This document shows, in pieces, positions 53,020 through 61,290 of a stretch of DNA of 64,000 bases. The notes under the pieces are model-generated. The model searched no databases, had not been told where the DNA came from, and saw only the letters and a program-made list of their open reading frames with translations. The first letter of the stretch is position 1. Each line of letters starts with the position of its first letter. Origin of the DNA: an uncultured delta proteobacterium (GTDB lineage Bacteria > Desulfobacterota > Syntrophorhabdia > Syntrophorhabdales > WCHB1-27). Made by a program: the position numbers and the translations under genes. The DNA lies in NCBI GenBank assembly GCA_963810935.1, contig CAWEPK010000005.1, positions 192,001-256,000 on the forward strand. The letters are read 5' to 3'.

Positions 53020-54042
53020 ATGAAAAGGTTTGTCTTTGTCCTCTGCTGCGTGCTTCTCGCGGCATGGACGGTAAGCGTAACGGCCGTCCCTGCGCAAGCG
53101 CAGGAGAAGGCGATGAAGCTGAGGCTCTCGGTCATGTGGCCCCCGCAGCACGCGCTGACGAAGCTCTTTGACGCATGGGGCAAGGACGTCGAGAAGGCGA
53201 CCTCGGGAAGGATTACCGTTACCGTCTTCGCGAGCAACACCCTCTCCCCGCCGATGCAGATCTATGACAACACGTCAAAGGGCATCGTTGACGTCGGCAC
53301 GGCCCTCCTGGCCTATGCGCCGGGCAGGCTCCCACTTTCCGAGGTCCTGCAGCAGCCTCTGGGATACAGGAACGGTTATCAGGCAACCATGCTGGCAAAT
53401 GCATATTACAAGAAATTCAAACCGAAGGAATTCGACGACGTTCATGTCCTCTTCCTCCACGGCGCAGCTCCGGGCTTCGTTTTTACCAAGAAACCGGCAA
53501 AGTCGATTGCCGATGTCAAGGGACTCAGGATAAAGGCGAACGCGGAGAACGCCGACATAGTGAAGAACCTCGGCGGGTCGCCGGTAACGATGCCGGTTAC
53601 GGAAACCTACGACGCCCTTTCGAGGGGCCTGGTCGATGGCTGCCTATTCCCGTTGGAAGCCCTCCAGGGGTTCAAGATAGGCGAGGTCGTCAAGACGGTG
53701 ATCGAGGATTACGGCATGTCCTATATGACGTCCCAGTATGCCATCATGAACAAGGCTAAATGGAACGCCATATCCCCCGCCGACCAGAAGGCAATAGAGA
53801 AGATCAACGATGAATATGCCGAGAAGTTCGGCAAGATGTGGGTACAGCTCGACCAGAACGCCATCGCTTTCGCCAAAGGCAAAGGCGTGACTTTCCTTAA
53901 TGTCTCCAAGGAAGAGGAAGCGGTGACCGCCCAGAAGATGAAGCCGATCCTGACCGACTACGTCAAGATGACCAAGTCGAAGGGGCTCCCGGGCGACGAG
54001 GCGCTGAAGTTCTGCCTTGACTACCTGAAGACACACCAGTAA
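53020..54042 (+). CDS. dctP: TRAP transporter solute-binding protein
   Basis: Signal peptide, TSGRI, KGLRIK, ETYDAL.RGLVDG. Confidence 0.9.
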   Translation: MKRFVFVLCCVLLAAWTVSVTAVPAQAQEKAMKLRLSVMWPPQHALTKLFDAWGKDVEKATSGRITVTVFASNTLSPPMQIYDNTSKGIVDVGTALLAYAPGRLPLSEVLQQPLGYRNGYQATMLANAYYKKFKPKEFDDVHVLFLHGAAPGFVFTKKPAKSIADVKGLRIKANAENADIVKNLGGSPVTMPVTETYDALSRGLVDGCLFPLEALQGFKIGEVVKTVIEDYGMSYMTSQYAIMNKAKWNAISPADQKAIEKINDEYAEKFGKMWVQLDQNAIAFAKGKGVTFLNVSKEEEAVTAQKMKPILTDYVKMTKSKGLPGDEALKFCLDYLKTHQ

Positions 54043-54052
54043 AATCGATATT

Positions 54053-54097
54053 TACGGCTGCGGGGGGCCGACGGTTTTTCGGCCGCCCGCAGCCGTA
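54053..54097 (+). promoter_or_regulatory. Intra-operon stem-loop between dctP and dctQ
   Basis: TACGGCTGCGGG/CCCGCAGCCGTA stem without U-tract; likely mRNA stabiliser or attenuator. Confidence 0.6.
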
Positions 54098-54145
54098 TGG
54101 CAGGGCATTAAGAAACAGATCGAACGTTTAGTCTGGAGGCAGACG

Positions 54146-54631
54146 ATGAAGCGTTTTACGGCAGGGATCGTCGGTATCGACAAGGCATTATTTGTCCTCG
54201 CTGCCGGCGTGCTTGGGTGCATGATCTTATTGACCCTCTGCGACGTAATCATGAGGAATTTCGGCCATCCCATTACCGGATCGATGGAGATCATACAATA
54301 CGGAGGGTGCATCGTTTTCGGGTTCTCAATCCCTTTCGGCACACTCCTCGGGGCACAGGTAATAGTCGATATCATAACGGAGAAGCTCAGTCCTGGAGGT
54401 AAGCGGGGTATAGAGATAGTCACGAGATGCGTAGGCGTCCTTCTCTTCCTGTTCATCGCCTTCTATTTCTTCAAGTACGGGTTGGACGTAAGGCACACGG
54501 GCGAGCGAACGGCCAGCTTCAAGATCCCGTATTATCCGTTCAGCTTAGCCCTTTCGTTCAGCTTTCTCCTGCAGGGCTTCACTGTTTTTCTCGACCTGAT
54601 GAATAAGGTGAAAGGAGCAAGCCATGAGTGA
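54146..54631 (+). CDS. dctQ: TRAP transporter small permease
   Basis: Four TM helices, DVIMR, PI.GS.E. Confidence 0.88.
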   Translation: MKRFTAGIVGIDKALFVLAAGVLGCMILLTLCDVIMRNFGHPITGSMEIIQYGGCIVFGFSIPFGTLLGAQVIVDIITEKLSPGGKRGIEIVTRCVGVLLFLFIAFYFFKYGLDVRHTGERTASFKIPYYPFSLALSFSFLLQGFTVFLDLMNKVKGASHE

Positions 54632-55931
54632 TGTCTCCGTAGGAATATATGGGATCATAGTGCTCCTTGCCCTTTTTCTCACCGGGCTCGAGATGGCCTA
54701 TTGCATGATACTCGTCGGCTTTTTCGGCTTCATCTTCCTTATGACGTTCCCTGCGGCCTGCAATCTCGTCATCAAAGACTTCTTCGATAACTTCACGACT
54801 TACAGCTATACGGTCATACCCCTTTTCATCATCATGGGTGAGTTCGCGTCCCATTCGAACATCGCAAAAAGGCTCTACCTGGGCGCGCACAAGTGGTTCG
54901 GCCATATTCCGGGCGGCCTCGCAATGACGACGGTAGCAGGCGCCACCGCGTTTAAAGCGATGTGCGGTTCGACGCTCGCCACGGTCGGGACTTTCTCTAA
55001 CCTGGCAATGCCCGAGATGGACCGGTACGGTTACAAAAAGGAGCTTTCCGCAGGCACCATCGCGTCAGTCAGCACCATAGGCATGATACTGCCTCCCAGC
55101 ACTGTGCTTATCATCTACGGGCTCGAAGTCGAGCAGTCGATAGGCAGGCTGTTCATTGCAGGCATCCTGCCCGCCCTCATGATCTCGGCGCTTTTCATGA
55201 TGGTCATAGCCGGCTGGGTGATGTGGAAACCGGAAATAGCCCCGAAGGCGGAGAAGGCGCCCTGGAAGGACAGGTTCGCGGTAATCCCGGAGGCGATACT
55301 CATTATCATAATCTTCGGGATCGTGATAGGCGGAATGATAACGGGCTTTTTCAGCCCCACGGAGGCGGGCACGATCGGCACCGTGGCGATTTTCATCCTG
55401 GCCCTCGTGCGCGGAGAGGTCAACGCGGCCATGATCGTCGGTTCCTTCAAGGGGGCCTTGAGAACGTCCATCATGGTCCTCATGCTCATTGCCGGGTCTT
55501 CCATTTTCGGCCACTTCCTAGCAATAACCGAGATCCCTATGATCGCCGCGAAGTGGGCCTCAGCGCTTCCCGTACCCGGCTGGGTCGTCATGCTCCTGAT
55601 AATCTTCATCTACCTGGTAGGCGGGTCTATCATGGATGACCTGGCGTTCATGGTGCTCGCCACGCCGATCTTTTTCCCGACCGCCACCCAGCTTGGCTAC
55701 GACCCGATCTGGTTCGGCATCCTGATTTGCGTTACCCTGATGATAGGCGGCATTATCCCGCCGGTCGCGATCTACGTCTTTATCCTGGGGAATATAACGG
55801 GGCTGCCGTTCAAGACCATATATAAGGGCGTCGTGCCGTTCCTCTCGGCCCTCGTCGTGGCCCTGGTAATACTCTTCGTTTTCCCGGAAGTCGCCCTCTG
55901 GCTGCCGAACCTGCTGATGGGTAAGGGATAA
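54624..55931 (+). CDS. dctM: TRAP transporter large permease
   Basis: IPLFI.MG, PGGLA, LPPS, SPTEA, GYDPIWFG. Confidence 0.92.
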   Translation: MSDVSVGIYGIIVLLALFLTGLEMAYCMILVGFFGFIFLMTFPAACNLVIKDFFDNFTTYSYTVIPLFIIMGEFASHSNIAKRLYLGAHKWFGHIPGGLAMTTVAGATAFKAMCGSTLATVGTFSNLAMPEMDRYGYKKELSAGTIASVSTIGMILPPSTVLIIYGLEVEQSIGRLFIAGILPALMISALFMMVIAGWVMWKPEIAPKAEKAPWKDRFAVIPEAILIIIIFGIVIGGMITGFFSPTEAGTIGTVAIFILALVRGEVNAAMIVGSFKGALRTSIMVLMLIAGSSIFGHFLAITEIPMIAAKWASALPVPGWVVMLLIIFIYLVGGSIMDDLAFMVLATPIFFPTATQLGYDPIWFGILICVTLMIGGIIPPVAIYVFILGNITGLPFKTIYKGVVPFLSALVVALVILFVFPEVALWLPNLLMGKG

Positions 55932-55968
55932 AGCGGACCTGAGGGCCGGATTGCCCTTCCTTAGGTAA

Positions 55969-56797
55969 TTAAATGCGGGACGTACTTCTGCGGTTTTGAG
56001 CCCAGAGGTACGTCCCCTTTTCATTCGTCGTGACGGCAAATCCTTCCGCAGCCAGGAATGCCGAGAGGGCGTGCGCGTTCTTTTTCGGTCACTGGGTCCG
56101 GATGGACCTCGATGGCCACCTGCCCGACCCTGCGGAGCGTCTCCCCGGTCGATCCGTAAAGTATGGAGAACTCGCTCCCCTCGCAGTCGATCTTCAGGAG
56201 GTCCACGCCGGCCAACCCCTCCTCTTCCATGATCTGAAGCAGGGTGACCGCCCTCACCGTCTCACTCTTTGACGCACCGCCGGCTGCGCCGACCTTCGCG
56301 GTCGTCGGAAAGGTTTCAGGGCCGCATGCTATCTCGACGCTGCCCGGCTCTCCCGAGACGGCCGCCCGGACGCACTTCACGGCGATTCCGGCGTTTGCCT
56401 GCACGTTCTTTACCATCTCATCGTAATTTGCCCCGACAGGCTCGTAAGAAAAAACCCTGGCGCTCCATTTTGACGCAGCGAACAGGGTGAAAAAGCCGAC
56501 GTTTGCGCCGATATCGACAACGACCGGGCGGGCTACCAGGGGCAAGCTCAGACCCTCCAGGTAATGTTCGCGCAAAAATATGCTCTTGAACTCGGGATAA
56601 AGCTCGTCCGGGACGGTCACCGAAACGCCGCCCCGTGTAAGAAAGACCAGCGGCAACGTAGCCAGGCCCGCCTTTTCCGCGTAGTAGAGCCACCAGTTGG
56701 AGAAGGTCCTGAAAAGGTTGTATTGGCGTCTTACGGCTTTGTTCTTTAAAAGCATCGGCAAGGCCCGTGCATCAAGATAACCCATCACGGCCGCCAT
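55969..56797 (-). CDS. FkbM-family methyltransferase; apparent frameshift near 56080
   Basis: VDIGANVG, YEP, LLKIDCEGSE, IEVH. Confidence 0.85.
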
Positions 56798-56871
56798 ATC
56801 AACCGGCTGCCGCCCTCGCCTCTTTCGGGATTGTTATTGCACCCTTCAGGCTCGCTGTGCTACTCTTTACA

Positions 56872-57003
56872 GTGCGTATTCTCGCAGTTGACGTGGGGGA
56901 TCAAAGAACAGGTACTGCCGTTTCCGATGAGAGCGGCGCCATCGACGCAATGGCTGCGCAGATCATTCTTCAAGGTTATCCGGATGCGAAAGGGCGGACA
57001 TAA
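56872..57003 (+). pseudogene. ruvX: RuvX/YqgF remnant with a large in-frame internal deletion (43 aa)
   Basis: MRILAVDVGDQRTGTAVSDE joined through SGA to IDAMAAQIILQGY; sits in the usual position before mltG. Confidence 0.8.
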
Positions 57004-57988
57004 AACTTTTATTGCCCTGACATGCCTGATCCTTCTTGCAGCGCTCCTCGTTGTCGCAGCCGTAGTCCCGATGGGCAAAGAGGGCGTTGGCGTGCCCTTT
57101 ATTGTGAAAAAGGGAACAAGGATCGGCGCGGTAGCCCAGGCACTCAAGGCAGAACACAGGGTCTTCTCGGAGTATGTTTTTATGGGCTGCTCCCTGGTTG
57201 TCTATCGCGGGCGCATAGTGGCAGGGGAGTACGAGCTTTCCGACGCCATGTCTGCGTACGGAATAGCCAGGAAGATGGCGAAGGGCGAGAGGAAGGTATA
57301 CAGCCTGAAGATCGTCGAGGGCTATAACATCTACACTATCGGCGACGTGATGGAAAAAGCGGGGATTATGAACGGCCCCGCGTTCCTCCAGCTCGCCCGC
57401 GACGAGGCGTTCCTGAGGCGCCTCGGCATAAGCGCCGACTCCGTGGAGGGCTATCTCTACCCGGACACCTATTTCTTCAGCAAAGAGACCGGGGTGGACG
57501 AATTTCTCGAAAAGATCGCCCGGAGGACATACAGCCTTTTCGACAAGGATGAGGTAAGGAAAAGGATGGAGGAGCTGCACATGAACATGTACCAGGTCCT
57601 CTGCCTCGCCTCGATCATCGAAAAGGAAGCGAAGCTGGAGAAGGAGAAAAAGACCGTCTCGGCCGTATTCCATAACCGGCTTGCCATAGGCATGTCTCTG
57701 GACGCGGACCCGACGGTGATCTACGGCCTGGGGAGCTTCAACAGGGACCTCAGGAAGGCCGACCTTGCGGAGCAAACGCCGTACAACACGTACCGCCTGA
57801 AAGGGCTGCCGAAGGGGCCCATATGCAGCCCATCGAAAAGCTCGATCATGGCGGCCCTTTACCCGGAGGATTCCCGTGTGCTCTATTTTGTTTCGAGAAA
57901 CGACGGGAGCCACGTATTCTCCGAAACGATTCACGAACACAATCGCTTTGTAGCGCATTATCAGAAACACAAAAGCAGAAAACAATAA
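56984..57988 (+). CDS. mltG: Endolytic transglycosylase MltG
   Basis: AGEY, EGYLYPDTY, ASIIEKE, DPTVIY, PYNTY...GLP.GPI. Confidence 0.93.
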   Translation: MRKGGHKTFIALTCLILLAALLVVAAVVPMGKEGVGVPFIVKKGTRIGAVAQALKAEHRVFSEYVFMGCSLVVYRGRIVAGEYELSDAMSAYGIARKMAKGERKVYSLKIVEGYNIYTIGDVMEKAGIMNGPAFLQLARDEAFLRRLGISADSVEGYLYPDTYFFSKETGVDEFLEKIARRTYSLFDKDEVRKRMEELHMNMYQVLCLASIIEKEAKLEKEKKTVSAVFHNRLAIGMSLDADPTVIYGLGSFNRDLRKADLAEQTPYNTYRLKGLPKGPICSPSKSSIMAALYPEDSRVLYFVSRNDGSHVFSETIHEHNRFVAHYQKHKSRKQ

Positions 57989-58010
57989 TAAAGGACGAAG
58001 GAGGGATTTC

Positions 58011-59192
58011 ATGGAGAGAGATGTCGCAGTTATCGGGGTCGGTCAGAGCTCTTTTGTGAGGGGCTATGAGGGGTCGATCCGCGAGCTGGCATTCGAGGCC
58101 TTCAGGGAGGCGATGCAAGACGCGGGGATTGCGCAAAAAGATGTCGATGCCTCCGTCTTCTGCTCGGCGCCGGAGTATGACAAGCAGAGGTCGCCGGCCG
58201 GCGTGCTGGCGGAATACCTCGGCCTGATACCGCAGCCGACATTCTACGTCGAGACCGTCTGCTCGTCGAGCAGCACAGGCCTGAAGGTCGGTTACAGCAT
58301 GATAAAGGCCGGACTCCACGACGTTGTGGTCGTGGTGGGTTTCCAGAAGATGTCCGAGATCACCTCGGCCGAGTCCCAGGAGAGGATGGGCCGGGGCGCG
58401 GATATCCAGTGGGAGGCGCCTTTCGGCACCATGATGCCCGCGTACTACGCCATGTATGCCCAGGCTTACATGGCAAAGAACGGCCTGACCCACGACGACC
58501 TGCGGGACGTCAGGCTTAAGTCGGCCACCTACGGCACGACCAACGACAGGGCCGTCTACAGGAAGGGCGTAAAGGCTGCGGACTTTGACGCAAATAACCC
58601 GGAAGCAAAGATGGCGGGCCCGGTCGCCTGGCCTCTGCGCGTGGGCGATTGCTGCGCCAATGCGGACGGCAGCTCGTGCGTCATCCTGGCGAGCAAGGAG
58701 AAAGCAAAGGCCTTCTCGAAGAAGCCCATCTGGGTCGTCGGCATAGGGGGCGCCTCAGAGGCGGTCAACATGGCGGCGAGACCCGATTTTTCACAGGGCC
58801 TGAGCGTCGGGTACGGGGCGGCAGCGCAGGCATACAAGATGGCGGGCATCACGGCCAAGGACGTCAAAGTGGCCGAGGTGCACGACTGCTTCACGATCGC
58901 CGAGATCATGGCCTACGAAGGCCTCGGGTTCGCCCCTATGGGCGAAGGCAAACAGCTTATCCGCGAGAAGGCCACGTACAAAGAAGGCCGGATACCCGTG
59001 AACGTAGACGGCGGCCTGCTTTCGAAGGGCCACCCCATCGGAGCAACGGGCGGCTCGCAGATACGCACCATCGTCCTCCAGCTTCGCGGAGAGGCGGGAC
59101 CCATGCAGGTGCCCGGAGACCCGGATATCGGACTGGTGCACAACGTCGGCGGCGTGGGCCTTTACGGGAACGTAACAATATTTGGGAGGTGA
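58011..59192 (+). CDS. SCP-x/archaeal-type thiolase
   Basis: VCSSS, DCCANADG, EVHDCF, GHPIGATG, HNVGG. Confidence 0.9.
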   Translation: MERDVAVIGVGQSSFVRGYEGSIRELAFEAFREAMQDAGIAQKDVDASVFCSAPEYDKQRSPAGVLAEYLGLIPQPTFYVETVCSSSSTGLKVGYSMIKAGLHDVVVVVGFQKMSEITSAESQERMGRGADIQWEAPFGTMMPAYYAMYAQAYMAKNGLTHDDLRDVRLKSATYGTTNDRAVYRKGVKAADFDANNPEAKMAGPVAWPLRVGDCCANADGSSCVILASKEKAKAFSKKPIWVVGIGGASEAVNMAARPDFSQGLSVGYGAAAQAYKMAGITAKDVKVAEVHDCFTIAEIMAYEGLGFAPMGEGKQLIREKATYKEGRIPVNVDGGLLSKGHPIGATGGSQIRTIVLQLRGEAGPMQVPGDPDIGLVHNVGGVGLYGNVTIFGR

Positions 59193-59195
59193 GAC

Positions 59196-59609
59196 ATGGG
59201 TTTCGAAAAATTCGGAAGGAAGAGCTTTACTGGAATAACGAAGACCGCGAAGTTCGTAGACCTTCTGGCCGAGGGCAAAATTGAGGGGACGACCTGCAAA
59301 AAATGCGGCGCCAAATTCTTCCCGCCCAGGGCCGACTGCGCAGTCTGCCTCTCAAAGGAGATGGACTGGTTCGAGATGCCCGGCAAAGGCAAGCTTGAGA
59401 CTTTTACGACAGCCTATTTCGCGCCTTACGGTTTCGAGGCCGATCCTCCCTATACGATGGGAGTCGTCGCCTTCGACGCGAAGCTTAAGCTTTTTGCCCG
59501 CCTCGCCAAGGACATAAAGCCGGAAGACGTCAAGGTAGGGATGGACGTGGCGATCCGCACGCTGAAGTACGACGACGGCCAGCTCTCGTTCGAGATCATT
59601 AAGGCCTAA
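59196..59609 (+). CDS. DUF35 Zn-ribbon/OB-fold thiolase partner
   Basis: CKKC...FPPRADCAVC plus OB fold. Confidence 0.9.
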   Translation: MGFEKFGRKSFTGITKTAKFVDLLAEGKIEGTTCKKCGAKFFPPRADCAVCLSKEMDWFEMPGKGKLETFTTAYFAPYGFEADPPYTMGVVAFDAKLKLFARLAKDIKPEDVKVGMDVAIRTLKYDDGQLSFEIIKA

Positions 59610-59628
59610 AGGCACAAAAACCGGACCG

Positions 59629-59660
59629 AAAAAAGGGGGCCTGTAACAGGTCCCCTTTTT
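59629..59660. terminator. Bidirectional Rho-independent terminator
   Basis: A-run GGGGGCCTGT/ACAGGTCCCC T-run between convergent genes. Confidence 0.85.
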
Positions 59661-59682
59661 ATTGCCGAAATTTACGCCCCTT

Positions 59683-59859
59683 TTAGGGAAAGCAGCCGAG
59701 CTGGCAGGAATTTATCTTTATCTTCAGCTCGTCCAGGATATCACCCACCTCATGGGTTGATACCTTGGCCTCCAGCGCTACTGCCAGCGCCTGCGCGCAC
59801 GATATCCCTCCGTCCTTGCTCGCCGCTTTCACTTTTTCGATCAGTTTCTCTTTTTCCAC
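59683..59859 (-). CDS. Small Cys-containing hypothetical protein (58 aa)
   Basis: AGGAG before GTG; ISC..A and IKINSCQLGCF pattern. Confidence 0.75.
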   Translation of the reverse strand: MEKEKLIEKVKAASKDGGISCAQALAVALEAKVSTHEVGDILDELKIKINSCQLGCFP

Positions 59860-59877
59860 TGTGCAACGCTCCTGTAA

Positions 59878-59953
59878 TGGGGTGAGTGAAGGGGATCGAA
59901 CCCTCAACACCCGGGTCCACAGCCCGGTGCTCTACCTTTGAGCTACACCCACC
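59878..59953 (-). tRNA. tRNA-His (GTG)
   Basis: Cloverleaf: G(-1), acceptor GTGGGTG/CACTCAC, anticodon arm CCGGG-CTGTGGA-CCCGG, TTCGA loop, discriminator C, encoded CCA. Confidence 0.97.
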
Positions 59954-59965
59954 GTATTATTCAGT

Positions 59966-59994
59966 TTTTTAGCACAGATGCGGCCAAAAGTCAA
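59966..59994 (-). promoter_or_regulatory. Sigma-70-type promoter of tRNA-His
   Basis: TTGACT-N17-TAAAAA with extended TG. Confidence 0.65.
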
Positions 59995-60018
59995 TTTACC
60001 ATAGTGTGGGGCCGGGCC

Positions 60019-60822
60019 TTACTTTCGCGTCCTTACCGGGCAGCCCGTCCTGAAACCCTCCGCTATCGCCCGCTCCCCCATGCCGCATTCCGGGTGCCCG
60101 TACCCGCTTGCGCTCCTGCCGGAGGCGATGTCGTAGATAATATTGTCGTCCCCTTTGGGGTTTGAGCTCTCCTTGTTCACGCCTGCCGGCACCCAATCAA
60201 GGCCCAGGACATGGCGCAGCTTCCATGCGATATTATGGTCCGCGCACGAGGTGTCGCCGCTAACCCCAAGGCCGCCCACTATTTCTCCGTCCCGGTTGTA
60301 AAGCGCCAGCCCCCCGCCGAACACGCAGACCCCGCCGATGAGCTTGCCGGTCATGGGGTCGTTATCAGTGCCGAAATCACCCACGTCGCCGGCATAGGCT
60401 ACGGCCGTATTTAACGGATTGCCGAGCTGAATGCCGAAGAGAAAGCCGCCCGGCTGCGTCCCTGAATAGAGGTTGGCCGTGGAAAGGGCGAGGGAAGAAA
60501 GGCTGAAGGCGTTTGCGGTATTGGCCTTTTGCGCTGCGATCAGCCTGCTCCCCGGCCATTGGTCGCCATATTGCTTGCCGCTGAAGGTGACCGCATGGAC
60601 GGAGCCGTCTCTCCGCACGACGGTTGCCCACATATTGAGGGCCAGACCCCCGTTGGCCTTCGGGTCTCCCACTTTTACCACTTCCCGGAGCGATGCTGTC
60701 AGGCCCGCGTGGTCCGGCAGATTATCGGGCGCTTCCTTCGGCCTGATCACAAGAGATTTCGCCGCCAGCGCGGCCCCTCCGACGGCCAGGCTGATTACAG
60801 TGAATCCTGTCGACTTTTTCAT
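60019..60822 (-). CDS. GlcG/HbpS-family heme-binding protein
   Basis: IAAQKANTA, FGGGLAL, GGLGVSGD..CADH; GGAGG before ATG 60822. Confidence 0.8.
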   Translation of the reverse strand: MKKSTGFTVISLAVGGAALAAKSLVIRPKEAPDNLPDHAGLTASLREVVKVGDPKANGGLALNMWATVVRRDGSVHAVTFSGKQYGDQWPGSRLIAAQKANTANAFSLSSLALSTANLYSGTQPGGFLFGIQLGNPLNTAVAYAGDVGDFGTDNDPMTGKLIGGVCVFGGGLALYNRDGEIVGGLGVSGDTSCADHNIAWKLRHVLGLDWVPAGVNKESSNPKGDDNIIYDIASGRSASGYGHPECGMGERAIAEGFRTGCPVRTRK

Positions 60823-60929
60823 AGCTGCCTCCTTTTGTCTGAAACAAGATAAACATAAGACAAGAACATCCCCTTCCAAGGGAGGCATGTCGAAAATCAC
60901 AAACCGGATTTATAATAGAATAGAGGTAA

Positions 60930-61031
60930 ATGACCCTGCTGCTTGCAGCAGGGTCATAAAGCAAGCGAAGCGCCGCGCCGAGCGGGGAGGCTCTATGCGG
61001 CTGATGCCGCTGGAGGGGGCGCTGAGCCCCA
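60930..61031 (-). repeat. Family A intergenic repeat, copy 3 (60957-61031, inverted) with adjoining perfect hairpin (60930-60957)
   Basis: Minus strand TGGGGCTCAGCGCCCCCTCC-AGCGGCATCAGCCGCATA-GAGCCTCCCCGCTCGGCGCGGCGCTTCGCTTGCTTTA. Confidence 0.93.
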
Positions 61032-61080
61032 TTAATTGCATAGAGATAGAGCTTGTGCCTGATAAGCATGAGGAGGCGAA

Positions 61081-61290
61081 ATGAAACGTCTGCTCCTGAT
61101 GGCGCCCCTGATCGCTCTCCTGACAGGTTGCGCCCATTATTATTACAAGCCGGGGATGACCAACGCCGAGTTCTACCGGGACAAAAAGGAATGCGAGAAG
61201 AACGCGTACCAGACTGCGGTCCGCAACGGCACGCGGCAATGCGACGAGACCGAGCGCTGTCTTTTTGCTAAGGGGTGGAAGAGGCAGTGA
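61081..61290 (+). CDS. Small lipoprotein (69 aa)
   Basis: SD GAGGAGG, lipobox LTGC, D..EC and C..AKGW pattern. Confidence 0.75.
   Translation: MKRLLLMAPLIALLTGCAHYYYKPGMTNAEFYRDKKECEKNAYQTAVRNGTRQCDETERCLFAKGWKRQ

Noticed and set aside
59878..59953. tRNA-His as an integration site
   Set aside because: No integrase and no duplicate of the tRNA 3' end was seen.
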